Part shown: in pieces, positions 36,604 through 48,627 of the stretch | Position numbering within the stretch: position 1 is the stretch's first letter | Layout: each line of letters starts with the position of its first letter | DNA from: a virus | Lineage: Duplodnaviria; Caudoviricetes | DNA length: 54,079 nucleotides | Strand: one strand, 5' to 3' | IMG/VR virus record: IMGVR_UViG_3300032254_000258 | Coordinates: 1-54,079 of that record | Position numbers and translations under genes: made by a program | The notes under the pieces: model-generated | What the model was told of the DNA's origin: nothing | The model's input: the letters and a program-made list of their open reading frames with translations, nothing else | Database searches by the model: none

Positions 36604-37088
36604 TGATCCGCCTCCTGACTGACAAGCGCGATCTTGAGGCTGCCGGGGCGCACGGTGCGGGCGGGCTCGAACCCCTTGCGGATGCCTTCGGGCCAGGCGC
36701 TGTATTTGCGCTCGGGAACCTTGAAGGAAATGTCGACATATTCCGCCGGATCGTCGCCCGCCGCACGGATACGCTCGACCATTTCGGCCAGCTTGCCTTG
36801 ATCCCAGACAACCCGCTTGGGCTGGTCGGCCACAACGGTGAAATCCCCGTCGTCAAAGCGGACAGTGCCGGTATCCTTGCCGCCCGCCTGCCGGATTTCA
36901 TCGGCGCGGGTCGCATAGCGAATGGTCAGCGCGCCATCGAGGCGGGTCTTGGCGGTTTTGTTCCGCTTGGCGGCCTCGTCGATTTCACGCTGGAGGATGG
37001 CCAGCATTTCAACCGGCAGGGCGGCGATGTCCTGTGGCGGCATTGATGTCAGATCATCAACGCGGGGGGCGTTTTCGGGGAAGGGCAT
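36600..37088 (-). CDS. Conserved hypothetical phage protein of the replication module
   Basis: GGAG RBS; GKDTGTVR, KRV.WDQ..L and F..ART motifs; ATGA overlap. Confidence 0.7.
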   Translation of the reverse strand: MPFPENAPRVDDLTSMPPQDIAALPVEMLAILQREIDEAAKRNKTAKTRLDGALTIRYATRADEIRQAGGKDTGTVRFDDGDFTVVADQPKRVVWDQGKLAEMVERIRAAGDDPAEYVDISFKVPERKYSAWPEGIRKGFEPARTVRPGSLKIALVSQEADQ

Positions 37089-37132
37089 GAAAGGGTCTCC
37101 ATCATGGGTGAAAAGGGATTGGAAAGCGGGCA

Positions 37133-37477
37133 TCAGGCGGCCTCATCTTCAAGAAGAAGGGCCGACAGCGAGACCGGTGCGGATTTGGGTTTGGGACGGG
37201 CAACGGCGATATAGGCAAAGCAATCCGGCCCGACGCGCTCCTGCACCAGATGCACGAGGCCTTGCTCGGCCGCGTGGAATGTGCGGTTTGCCAGCTTGCG
37301 CAGCGCGTCGCGTTCCTTGTCGTCAAGGCGGGAGAACAGCGGGAAGGTATCGAGCACCAGAAAGCCGCGATGGTATTCCAGCCGATCGCCAGGCAAGGCC
37401 TGCGCCACCCAGGCGCAAAACTCTATTTCGGTGAGAGGCCGGTTCGGCTGGGCGGCATGTATCGGGGTGTGTTTCAT
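37133..37477 (-). CDS. Hypothetical phage protein (first gene of the replication operon)
   Basis: AGGAG RBS; FCAW..QA.PGD.LEYHRGFL and GLVHLVQ.R motifs. Confidence 0.7.
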   Translation of the reverse strand: MKHTPIHAAQPNRPLTEIEFCAWVAQALPGDRLEYHRGFLVLDTFPLFSRLDDKERDALRKLANRTFHAAEQGLVHLVQERVGPDCFAYIAVARPKPKSAPVSLSALLLEDEAA

Positions 37478-37499
37478 GAAATTGTCTCCTCTAATGCTC

Positions 37500-37527
37500 C
37501 TACTCACGCGCGGCCGGTTTCGTCCCA
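37500..37527 (-). promoter_or_regulatory. Putative ECF-type promoter TGGGAC-N16-GAGTAG (replication operon)
   Basis: Identical bipartite motif also at 41413-41440; ends 22 nt upstream of ATG 37477. Confidence 0.6.
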
Positions 37528-38100
37528 AGTCGGGCCCAGGCCGTGCAAGGCGAGCGCAAAACGGAGATCGGAAATCCGGCGGTAAAGGGCGGAGCGACTG
37601 CCAAACCCGCGCCGAGCAAGCGTCGCCACGGAGCTGTGGGCCAGACCGGCGCAGATGGCGCGATCCTTGGGCGACAAGCGGCCAAGGACACGCCCTGTGT
37701 CGATGGAGTGTTCTGTCACAAGGCGGGCATCAACGCACTGACCCTGCCAGGCCCCAAGCCCTTCCTGATTGGACAAAACCTCGCTCATTGGGCGGGGGTC
37801 GGCTTGTGAAAGCGGCGCATCCAGCGATAGCATGGTGCCACCGTGCGCGCGGCGCTCCTTCATAGTCCGCATCGCGATGCGCGAGGCCTGGTTGCGCAGA
37901 ATGAGTCCGGAAAAGGCCCCAAGACTGCCGCGCTCCGGATTGTAGGCCGGTAGACGGCGCAGAAGATCAATCAGCAGATCCTGACACAGATCGTCCTGTC
38001 CGGGGCTGGCCGGGCCAAGCCGCCGGTGCAAGCGTTTGGCGGCGGCCTGCGCCTCGGAAAGGATGGTCTGGATATGGTGGGGGGAGAGTTTGATCTGCAT
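37504..38100 (-). CDS. Sigma-70/ECF-like protein
   Basis: DDLCQDLLIDLLRRLPAYNPERGSLGAF (region 2-like), SLDAP and C-terminal HTH (SRSALYRRISDLR). Confidence 0.65.
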   Translation of the reverse strand: MQIKLSPHHIQTILSEAQAAAKRLHRRLGPASPGQDDLCQDLLIDLLRRLPAYNPERGSLGAFSGLILRNQASRIAMRTMKERRAHGGTMLSLDAPLSQADPRPMSEVLSNQEGLGAWQGQCVDARLVTEHSIDTGRVLGRLSPKDRAICAGLAHSSVATLARRGFGSRSALYRRISDLRFALALHGLGPTWDETGRA

Positions 38101-38163
38101 CGCGTTGGTCCTTGGTCATCGATTGTTGATGACCGCAGCATCGCGAATTGCAGCGCCTTGCAG

Positions 38164-38201
38164 GTGGGATTGTGGTGGGAAGTTTGTGGGGGTTTAGTGG
38201 G
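38164..38201. repeat. Four GTGGG direct repeats at exact 11-bp spacing
   Basis: GTGGG at 38164, 38175, 38186 and 38197, upstream of the sigma-like gene. Confidence 0.7.
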
Positions 38202-38263
38202 CAAAACGGCCTGATATTCGCTGTCTCCAGCCTCAAACAGGCGCCGGAACCAGAAAGTAGCCG

Positions 38264-39097
38264 CTAATGAAAGCTCGCCTGGAAGCTTGTCGGCGTCAGG
38301 GTGACATGCGCGTCAAGCGGCGGGCGAATCTCGAAAGCCTTGGGGTCGCGGGCGAAATTCCAGACCCGCAGCAGGCACCAGTCGGCGCGCTCCGCTTCCG
38401 CAACGGCAAGTTCGTTTCTGGAAATATGGAACGGCGTGCGCTCCCAGCCGTTTGTGGTTTTCACCTCGATCAGGCGATTTTGACCTTCGGGTGAAAAACT
38501 CGCAATATCGTATCCCGCCCCGTCACCGTCCTCCTCGGAAACCCAGCGAACGCGCTCCGCCAGATCCGGTCGTCCTGACGTGATCAGACTGGAACGCTCA
38601 TGGGCCAGCACGCGTTCTTCGCCGGCGCGGCCAAGGATGCGGTTCCGCTCATCGCGCGCGGCCACATCGAATTTTCGGGCAATCCCCAGCATTTGGTCCA
38701 GTTCTTCGGGTGGCGGCGCATTGCGCATGGTGGGCGGAGGACCAACCCATAGCGCGGCGGCTTCCCTGAGATGGCCGGTTTCCGTAGCCCGGGGTGCTCT
38801 TGAAACCCACGCCGCATTGTTTGCCAGCCACCGTGCAACGGCATCCACCAGGGGTGTCTGGAAGTTGAAGGCCGGTTTGTAGCCGGTGATCCATGTCTCG
38901 CCCAGCCCGATCAGGATCGCGCTGATGTTCTGGTGTTTCCACTCTATCGAGCCACGGCTGCGCCCGATAGCAGCTTGCAGGTCGCGATTGTGCTGCGCTT
39001 TATTGTAAGGTTTTCCGGCAAGATCATCGGCAAGCATCGCGAAATAGTCCGCAATGATCGTGTCGTTTTCTGCGTCTGTCCAAGTTTCACCTGCCAT
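38264..39097 (-). CDS. DUF3883 (PD-(D/E)XK) domain protein
   Basis: G.AGE..V..E, DGDGAGYDI.S, LIEVKTT and F.IS.NE motifs; N-terminal RS.GSIE.K.QNISA. Confidence 0.8.
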   Translation of the reverse strand: MAGETWTDAENDTIIADYFAMLADDLAGKPYNKAQHNRDLQAAIGRSRGSIEWKHQNISAILIGLGETWITGYKPAFNFQTPLVDAVARWLANNAAWVSRAPRATETGHLREAAALWVGPPPTMRNAPPPEELDQMLGIARKFDVAARDERNRILGRAGEERVLAHERSSLITSGRPDLAERVRWVSEEDGDGAGYDIASFSPEGQNRLIEVKTTNGWERTPFHISRNELAVAEAERADWCLLRVWNFARDPKAFEIRPPLDAHVTLTPTSFQASFH

Positions 39098-39182
39098 GCG
39101 GGCCAGGCTACCCGGCGCGGATGGATTTGTCATCTATTGGTTGGGGTGCGTATTATGCCCACTGATAGTATCAAGCGCGACC

Positions 39183-40124
39183 TCAGCCGATCACCGAAAT
39201 GTTTTCCGCATCAACCCCCAGAAAATATCCACGGTTTCTGGCCGTTTTGATCAGTGATTTGCTTTGGGCATCCGAAAATCCCGCCGTTTTCATCTGGTCC
39301 CGAAGCTCCCTGATCAGGTCTTTTGCCTCGCGCCCCGAGGTATCCTCCAGAAACGGACCGGAAGCGATAGCATCGCGGGAGCCGGCTTTTTCCAGAAGTC
39401 TCTGGAACACCGGAAATATCTGGTGCGAAAATGTGGCTGAGCGGCCTTGCCATTCAATTTGCGCGGCTTTGGTCCGGACAACCAGTTCCGGAGTTCCAGT
39501 TGCGGCGTCAAGCGCGTGATGATCAAATACAAAACCCGGCCGGTTTTCAGCGGGTTTAAAAACATCCTCGGCTTTTACATGATCAATACCGGCCTCTTGC
39601 AGCCACTGCTTTGCTGCTGGCGAGGCATTCTGCGTAATTATGGTCGCTCGTCCGGTCTTGTTTGACTGGCAAATGATGGCAATCAGGCTGCTGCGATCAA
39701 GCGATGCAAGGTTCAGGCCGTAATAAATGCCGCGCGCGGATAGCGTATCGCCCAAATACCACACGCCCTTGATGATTTCGACCGGAGGCTGATCAAAGCC
39801 CGCAGCCTTGGCGATCTCCTCCATCAGAACTGCAACGCCGATTTCAAAACCTCGCAGATCGTCCTGTTCAACAATAACATCCCGCCTGGCGTCCAGCGGG
39901 CAGGCGGCCCGAAACCTGTCCCCCTCCGATCGGACCGGACGGGCAAGCAGGCCACATTCGCACCCGTTGCATAGGTCCCATTCCTCCAGCGGGGCCTGCT
40001 CCACAAGAATGCGTGCTTTCAGCAGGCGATCGAATACCGTCCCGAAATACGGGCGGGCGACAGAGCCGGACAGCACCGCGGCGTCACCGGAGTCATTCAG
40101 CAGCTTCAATAACGTCGTAATCAT
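39183..40124 (-). CDS. Hypothetical protein with Cys motif and C-terminal OmpR-like winged helix
   Basis: C..C.C...CP near the N-terminus; C-terminal I.ELR.....LIKT.R.RGY.L. Confidence 0.6.
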   Translation of the reverse strand: MITTLLKLLNDSGDAAVLSGSVARPYFGTVFDRLLKARILVEQAPLEEWDLCNGCECGLLARPVRSEGDRFRAACPLDARRDVIVEQDDLRGFEIGVAVLMEEIAKAAGFDQPPVEIIKGVWYLGDTLSARGIYYGLNLASLDRSSLIAIICQSNKTGRATIITQNASPAAKQWLQEAGIDHVKAEDVFKPAENRPGFVFDHHALDAATGTPELVVRTKAAQIEWQGRSATFSHQIFPVFQRLLEKAGSRDAIASGPFLEDTSGREAKDLIRELRDQMKTAGFSDAQSKSLIKTARNRGYFLGVDAENISVIG

Positions 40125-41334
40125 CGCGGTCCTGTGTCATGCCGTTTCGTTCAATCAGCTCCATTACCCGGGCTTCGTGTTGCGTTCGCCGGAACTGCAC
40201 CACGCTTGGCGGGCGGATTTTCACCGTGACCTGCGGCTTGCGCGTGCCTTCTCCCTTGAAAAACACCCGCATCACCATCTCGCCCAGCACCCAGGAGCCG
40301 CCAAAGCCGACCGGCGTTTCGCTGAAATGCGCCAGCGCCTTGCCTGTGAGATCGCGCGAGCGCAGGGTGCGGGCCACTTTTGGATACCCGTCCTTGCCCG
40401 GCACCATCAGGTCAGCCGCCGCTTCGATGATCAGCACCTTTTCAATGGCCGGATCATATTGGTGGTCAATCGCAAAACCGGCACCGGCCGTTTCCACCAC
40501 CTCAAGCGAATAAAGCTCCTGCGCATCATCGCTGGCGAACATGCCCGGTTCATCCAGCACAATGTCGGCAAATGCTTCGGCGATGTCCTTTTGATGCCCC
40601 ACCTTTATTCGGGCTAATCTCAGAATGCCGGTGTTTTCGGAATAGCGCAGAATGGCCTGAGTTACACCGCGCAGGCTGATGACCTTTTCCTGCTGTCCCT
40701 CCACAACCGGTATGGTCGACACCATCGTGCCGTGGCTGACGACGAAATTCGTCTCGTCCCCGTCCACATAATCGCCAATGCGGCAGAAATCGCCCAAAAA
40801 GGATTCCTTGAATAATTCGGCCACCCGCGTCCGGAGCGCCTTCACCTTTTCAGCGGTCATATCAACGGGAATACCACGCTTACGACCGGCGAATTCCGAC
40901 AGGCGATCGGCCGTCATCATCGCCAGATAATCGGCGGCTACATCAAACAGGTCTGGATGCTCCAGAAACACACGTAGCGCCAGATGTTTTGGGTCATGGC
41001 GTCTGTCGGGCGCACCATCATCGCCGGTTTTGGTGTCAGGGAACAGGTTGAGGCCCTGCCGGTCTGCCTGGGTCTGAATAATTTCCAGCCCCTTTGCATT
41101 GCCCAGTTCGGCGATCCGGTGCAGATCACTGCGCAGACCTTCCGGATATTTTGTTTCAGACCCGGCCAAAAGATCGGAGATCGCCTGGCGGGTTTCTTCC
41201 TCGTCCTGTTCAAAAACATCCAGTGAAAACCCGATAAACTGGCCTTCGTGTCGCGCCATCAACCGCCGCATATACTCCAAATCAATCGTCTTGATAAAAC
41301 GCGGATTTACAAACTTTTTCAAATTGCCTGCCAT
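40093..41334 (-). CDS. Hypothetical protein (413 aa), divergent from the recombinase cassette
   Basis: Long ORF with AAGGA RBS, overlapping the next gene; no family recognised. Confidence 0.75.
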   Translation of the reverse strand: MAGNLKKFVNPRFIKTIDLEYMRRLMARHEGQFIGFSLDVFEQDEEETRQAISDLLAGSETKYPEGLRSDLHRIAELGNAKGLEIIQTQADRQGLNLFPDTKTGDDGAPDRRHDPKHLALRVFLEHPDLFDVAADYLAMMTADRLSEFAGRKRGIPVDMTAEKVKALRTRVAELFKESFLGDFCRIGDYVDGDETNFVVSHGTMVSTIPVVEGQQEKVISLRGVTQAILRYSENTGILRLARIKVGHQKDIAEAFADIVLDEPGMFASDDAQELYSLEVVETAGAGFAIDHQYDPAIEKVLIIEAAADLMVPGKDGYPKVARTLRSRDLTGKALAHFSETPVGFGGSWVLGEMVMRVFFKGEGTRKPQVTVKIRPPSVVQFRRTQHEARVMELIERNGMTQDRDDYDVIEAAE

Positions 41335-41412
41335 TATGATTCCTTTGTTATGAATTCTCCACGTTCTTCATATGTTCCGGTGATGATTCGATCAACCGTT
41401 GCGAGTAGCAAG

Positions 41413-41440
41413 TGGGACAAAAAACAAAACGGGAGAGTAG
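41413..41440 (+). promoter_or_regulatory. Putative ECF-type promoter TGGGAC-N16-GAGTAG (recombinase operon)
   Basis: Same motif and spacing as 37500-37527; upstream of ATG 41475. Confidence 0.6.
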
Positions 41441-41474
41441 AGGCTTAAGAGACACAGTTTTTCAAGGCCTCCGC

Positions 41475-41678
41475 ATGAAACGCCCCAACACCCAGTCACC
41501 CTACCAGATGTCGCCAACTGAACGGCGCGCCGAACTTTGCGCATTGTTGGCACGGGGCCTCATTCGGCTGCGAATGCGGGAGAATGGCGAACTATCTGGC
41601 AATACTGGAGAATTTCGACTTCACAACTCACCCGAGCAGAGCGGTACTGCGGAAACCTTGAGACGGAGACCCACATGA
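41475..41678 (+). CDS. Small hypothetical protein
   Basis: MSP.ERRAELC.LLA.GL.RL motif; stop overlaps the DUF2924 ATG. Confidence 0.55.
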   Translation: MKRPNTQSPYQMSPTERRAELCALLARGLIRLRMRENGELSGNTGEFRLHNSPEQSGTAETLRRRPT

Positions 41679-42127
41679 CAAAACCCGACCCCATCCCCGC
41701 ACGCCTTGCCGCGCTCAAATCCACGCCGACGCCGAAACTGAAGGCGCAATGGCGTGAATTGTTCGAAACGGAGCCGCCCGCGTTCAACCGGCGGTATCTG
41801 GAAAGCCGTCTGGCCTACCGCATTCAGGAACTCGCCTATGGCGGGTTGAAACCGGAGACCGTGAAGCGGCTGGAAAACCTTGGTGAGCAGCTCGATGGCG
41901 GCAACATTACGCTCCGCCGTATTCGCGCCGATCTGAAGCCGATCACGGGCACCAAGCTGATCCGCGAATGGCAGGGGGTGGAACATGTGGTGACGGTTCT
42001 GGCCGACGGCTACGAATGGCAGGGGCAACCCTACCGTTCGCTCTCGGCCGTAGCGCGGGCCATTACCGGCACCCGCTGGAACGGCTGGATCTTCTTTGGC
42101 CTGAAATCACGGCGGGGGACAGCATGA
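41675..42127 (+). CDS. DUF2924 domain protein
   Basis: LAYRIQELAYGGL, GT.L.REWQG and SLSAVARAITGTRWNGW.FFGL motifs. Confidence 0.9.
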   Translation: MTKPDPIPARLAALKSTPTPKLKAQWRELFETEPPAFNRRYLESRLAYRIQELAYGGLKPETVKRLENLGEQLDGGNITLRRIRADLKPITGTKLIREWQGVEHVVTVLADGYEWQGQPYRSLSAVARAITGTRWNGWIFFGLKSRRGTA

Positions 42128-43422
42128 GCAAGGACATCAAGCGCAAGCTGCGCTGCGCGGTTTACACCCGAAAATCATCCGAGGAAGGGCTGGAGCAGGA
42201 GTTCAACTCGCTCCACGCCCAGCGGGAGGCCTGCGAGGCCTATATCGCCAGCCAGCGCTCCGAGGGCTGGGCCCTGATCCGCGAGCATTACGATGACGGC
42301 GGGGTATCGGGCGGCACACTGGAGCGGCCCGGCCTGAAACTGCTGCTCGCCGATATCGAGGAAGGGTTGATCGACGTGGTGGTGGTCTACAAAATCGATC
42401 GACTGTCACGCTCGCTGATGGATTTTTCCAAGCTGGTCGAGGTGTTTGACCGGAACAACGTGACTTTCGTGTCCGTGACGCAATCGTTCAACACCACCAC
42501 ATCGATGGGCCGGCTGACCCTGAACATTCTGCTATCCTTCGCCCAGTTCGAGCGCGAGGTCACCGGCGAGCGCATCCGCGACAAGATCGCCGCCTCTCGC
42601 AAAAAGGGCATGTGGATGGGCGGCACTGTGCCCTTGGGCTACGATGTGAATGACCGCAAGCTGGAGATCAACAACGCCGAGGCCAAAACCGTGCGGCTGG
42701 TGTTTGAACGCTTTGCCGAAATCGGTTCGGCCACGGTGCTGGCGCGGGAATTGCGGACGGGCGGCGTCACCACCAAACAGGGCAGGCCGGTCACCAAGAA
42801 TTATATCTACCGCCTGTTGAACAACCGCGTTTATATCGGCGAGGCGGTCCACAAGGGCCAGTCCTACCCCGGCCAGCACAAGGGGATCATTACGCGCAAA
42901 CTCTGGGACAAGGTGCATGCCATTCTGCAGGAAAGCCCCCGCAAACGCGCCAGCCACACCCGCGCGCAAACACCGGCCTTGCTAGGGGGCTTGCTGTTCG
43001 GGCCGGACGGGGCGGCGTTTTCCCCCAGCCACACCCGCAAGAAGGACCGGCTTTACCGCTACTACGTCAGCCAAACCGTGCTGAAACATGGCGCAGGAAC
43101 CTGTCCGGTGGGTCGCGTGCCCGCAGGTGAAATCGAGGCGGCGGTGATTGACCAGCTGCGGGCGGTGTTTCGCCAACCGGAGATCATCATCGGCACATGG
43201 AAGGCCGCAAAACCTCATAACGCCGACATAACCGAGGCCAAAGCCCGTGAGGCGTTGATGCATTTTGATCCGCTCTGGGACGAACTTTTCCCCGCCGAGC
43301 AGGCCCGTATCGTGCAGTTACTGGTGGAGCGGGTTGATATTGGCACGAGCGGGCTTGATGTCCGTCTGCGCATAGACGGTCTTTCGGGGCTGGTGCGGGA
43401 AATGCAGGAGGCTGCGGCATGA
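42124..43422 (+). CDS. Large serine recombinase (resolvase plus recombinase domains)
   Basis: CAVYTRKS, DDGG.SG....RP.L, YKIDRLSRS, FAQFERE and GG.VPLGY motifs. Confidence 0.95.
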   Translation: MSKDIKRKLRCAVYTRKSSEEGLEQEFNSLHAQREACEAYIASQRSEGWALIREHYDDGGVSGGTLERPGLKLLLADIEEGLIDVVVVYKIDRLSRSLMDFSKLVEVFDRNNVTFVSVTQSFNTTTSMGRLTLNILLSFAQFEREVTGERIRDKIAASRKKGMWMGGTVPLGYDVNDRKLEINNAEAKTVRLVFERFAEIGSATVLARELRTGGVTTKQGRPVTKNYIYRLLNNRVYIGEAVHKGQSYPGQHKGIITRKLWDKVHAILQESPRKRASHTRAQTPALLGGLLFGPDGAAFSPSHTRKKDRLYRYYVSQTVLKHGAGTCPVGRVPAGEIEAAVIDQLRAVFRQPEIIIGTWKAAKPHNADITEAKAREALMHFDPLWDELFPAEQARIVQLLVERVDIGTSGLDVRLRIDGLSGLVREMQEAAA

Positions 43423-43794
43423 GTAAAACTGCCGACACTGTCACGGTGCATGTCCCCTTCAGTATCCGCAAATACGGCGGCCGGAAACAGATCATTACAC
43501 CGACTGGCACCCCAGCGGCCATCGAGAAGCTTCGTGTCGACAGCACCCTCGTCAAGGCGCTCGCCCGCGCCTTCCGCTGGAAGAAAATGCTCGAAAGTGG
43601 CCAGTTCACCACCATCACCGAGCTGGCCAAACACGAAAACCTCGCGCTGACCTACATGACCCGCGTCCTGCGGCTAACATTGTTGGCGCCAGAGATTGTC
43701 GAGATGATTCTTGCGGGACGACAGCCGCCGGAGATGACTCTGGCAACCCTGCTGGAACCTTTTCCGGTGGCGTGGGACGGGCAAAAAAGCCACT

Positions 43795-46914
<3,120 letters not shown>

Positions 46915-46981
46915 GCCATCCCCCATTTCCAAAACAGGTTCAAAATCACAGATGGTCGCTTTTCTTTGTGGCCATAATCAC

Positions 46982-47836
46982 TCATTCTCTATTACTCACC
47001 TCAGTCGCCATGATAAAACTAGGGCGAAATCCGACTTCATCGCCTCTTGTCTCTTCAATCACATCGGCGTTCAAAAACTCTTGTTCCAAGCCGTCCGTTG
47101 ATTCATCGTCACCACTCAACCATGAACTGGTGGCCCGTGACATTTCCGTTAATTCTTGGGAATCTGCAAACCTCTCAAAATAACTCAAAAGCAACATAAA
47201 ATTTCCGACAAACTGCTTTAGCGAATTAGAATTATTAGGCATTTTCAACAATCCGCAATTGCAGGTTGGTAACCACCATGGAATGGCATGCTCCAGCATT
47301 TTGCGGGCATTTTTCCCGTCTTTTCCTAAGGCATTAACCAGTTTTGCGTGAACCAGACTAACCCCGTAATCTCTAGCATGGTCCAACCCTCTAATCGATC
47401 TCATCCAGTTAGGCCTTTGTGGCGGGTAAATTGACCGCCGCACTTTCGGATAATTGTATAGGGCGTACACCGGAACAGCATTCACAGTTTGGGCGTACCT
47501 TAACATCTTATCAGGTTGCCCAATTTTGAAAGCGTCATATCTACCGGATGGGTATAGCCTTTTTGCCTGCACGATCACCCGAAATTCGAGCCGTTTGGTT
47601 CTGTCATAAAACAACCAAATCCAGTCAGAACCATTCAATGTTTCCTGATGTTTTTTGAACATGTGCACCTTTGTTTGGCTCGCATGCTGCCTGTTTAATT
47701 CAAGTGACAGGTTTTGCGTTATCGTTTCCTCATACATCGGAGAGTTATATTGCTCTGCATCCTGCAAATCATTCCACGTTTTAATAGAAAGATTTTGCAG
47801 GGTCCTGCATAGACAATGTCCGTTTGGGCAAAACAT
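46982..47836 (-). CDS. Putative PD-(D/E)XK-variant nuclease (DUF6615-like); low GC
   Basis: EETIT, E...G.DW.W, VQAKRL and P.Y..YN motifs. Confidence 0.6.
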   Translation of the reverse strand: MFCPNGHCLCRTLQNLSIKTWNDLQDAEQYNSPMYEETITQNLSLELNRQHASQTKVHMFKKHQETLNGSDWIWLFYDRTKRLEFRVIVQAKRLYPSGRYDAFKIGQPDKMLRYAQTVNAVPVYALYNYPKVRRSIYPPQRPNWMRSIRGLDHARDYGVSLVHAKLVNALGKDGKNARKMLEHAIPWWLPTCNCGLLKMPNNSNSLKQFVGNFMLLLSYFERFADSQELTEMSRATSSWLSGDDESTDGLEQEFLNADVIEETRGDEVGFRPSFIMATEVSNRE

Positions 47837-47973
47837 TAGTTTAATTCCTCCACAATCGCTTCGGCTTCGCTCCCATTGTGGCCAATTACACTGTCCGGCT
47901 GGTTGGCATAGCCAAGCGTGCCGAACTGCTCCAGCAGAATTTTCTCGAAACCGTTTTCTGAAAGGAAACTCAT
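47836..47973 (-). pseudogene. Duplicated hsdR 5' fragment (45 codons)
   Basis: [31 protein letters not shown] versus Hsd[32 protein letters not shown]. Confidence 0.8.
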
Positions 47974-48082
47974 GATCTTACCCAAGTAGAAATTAATTCC
48001 GGTAACAATATGCGACACCTTGCCCGCGCTTTGCTGGCTGCATTAACTTGACATTCACATTTTTTGTGTACATATTCATCAC

Positions 48083-48147
48083 AGCTCATCTGCCATGTGT
48101 AGAAAGAGTTTTCGAGGTCGCTCTGGTAATTCAGCGCGGCCTTAGCT
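48083..48147 (-). ncRNA. Candidate structured RNA downstream of the DUF3800 gene pair
   Basis: AGCU...AGCU closing stem around hairpin AGGCCGCGCUG/CAGAGCGACCU and a weaker second hairpin. Confidence 0.35.
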
Positions 48148-48150
48148 TTT

Positions 48151-48627
48151 TTAACGACGGGTGGCATAATATGCATCCCTCTCTTTTCTGAACTTGCGGA
48201 CGCGGTGATCACGATCTGTGCAGAAAGCCGTTTTCAGCAGGTAATAGCCGGAACGCTGGGCAAGCACGACAAGATAATACTCTTCATACCACAGCACCCG
48301 GTTCTTCTCCCGTTCTCGGGTCTGCTCCCATATATCAATGGCGTCAGCCGCATCCGCATTCTCGATGATCCAGCGCACCTGCGATAGCCGTTCGCATCTG
48401 CGCATGTCGGGCAAGCGGTCGTCTTCAACATGGCCTTCCGAAATCATATGCCAAAAGCAGGCCCACTTCCGTTCATGCTCCGGCTTTCGGCGCGCATTTA
48501 CCGGAACATCACGGAACTTGAGATCGTGCCGTATGATGTCGCGCTCGAAAACCTCGTAAAGCGCGGTTTCATATTCTTCCCAGACGTTTCCGTGATCGTT
48601 CAATGTTATAAGGCGCGGCGGCGTCAT
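48151..48627 (-). CDS. Hypothetical protein, possible BECR/RelE-like RNase fold
   Basis: FWH.IS...R.ERL..V.WII...YLVVL..R.G..LL.TAF; ATGA overlap with the DUF3800 gene. Confidence 0.6.
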   Translation of the reverse strand: MTPPRLITLNDHGNVWEEYETALYEVFERDIIRHDLKFRDVPVNARRKPEHERKWACFWHMISEGHVEDDRLPDMRRCERLSQVRWIIENADAADAIDIWEQTREREKNRVLWYEEYYLVVLAQRSGYYLLKTAFCTDRDHRVRKFRKERDAYYATRR

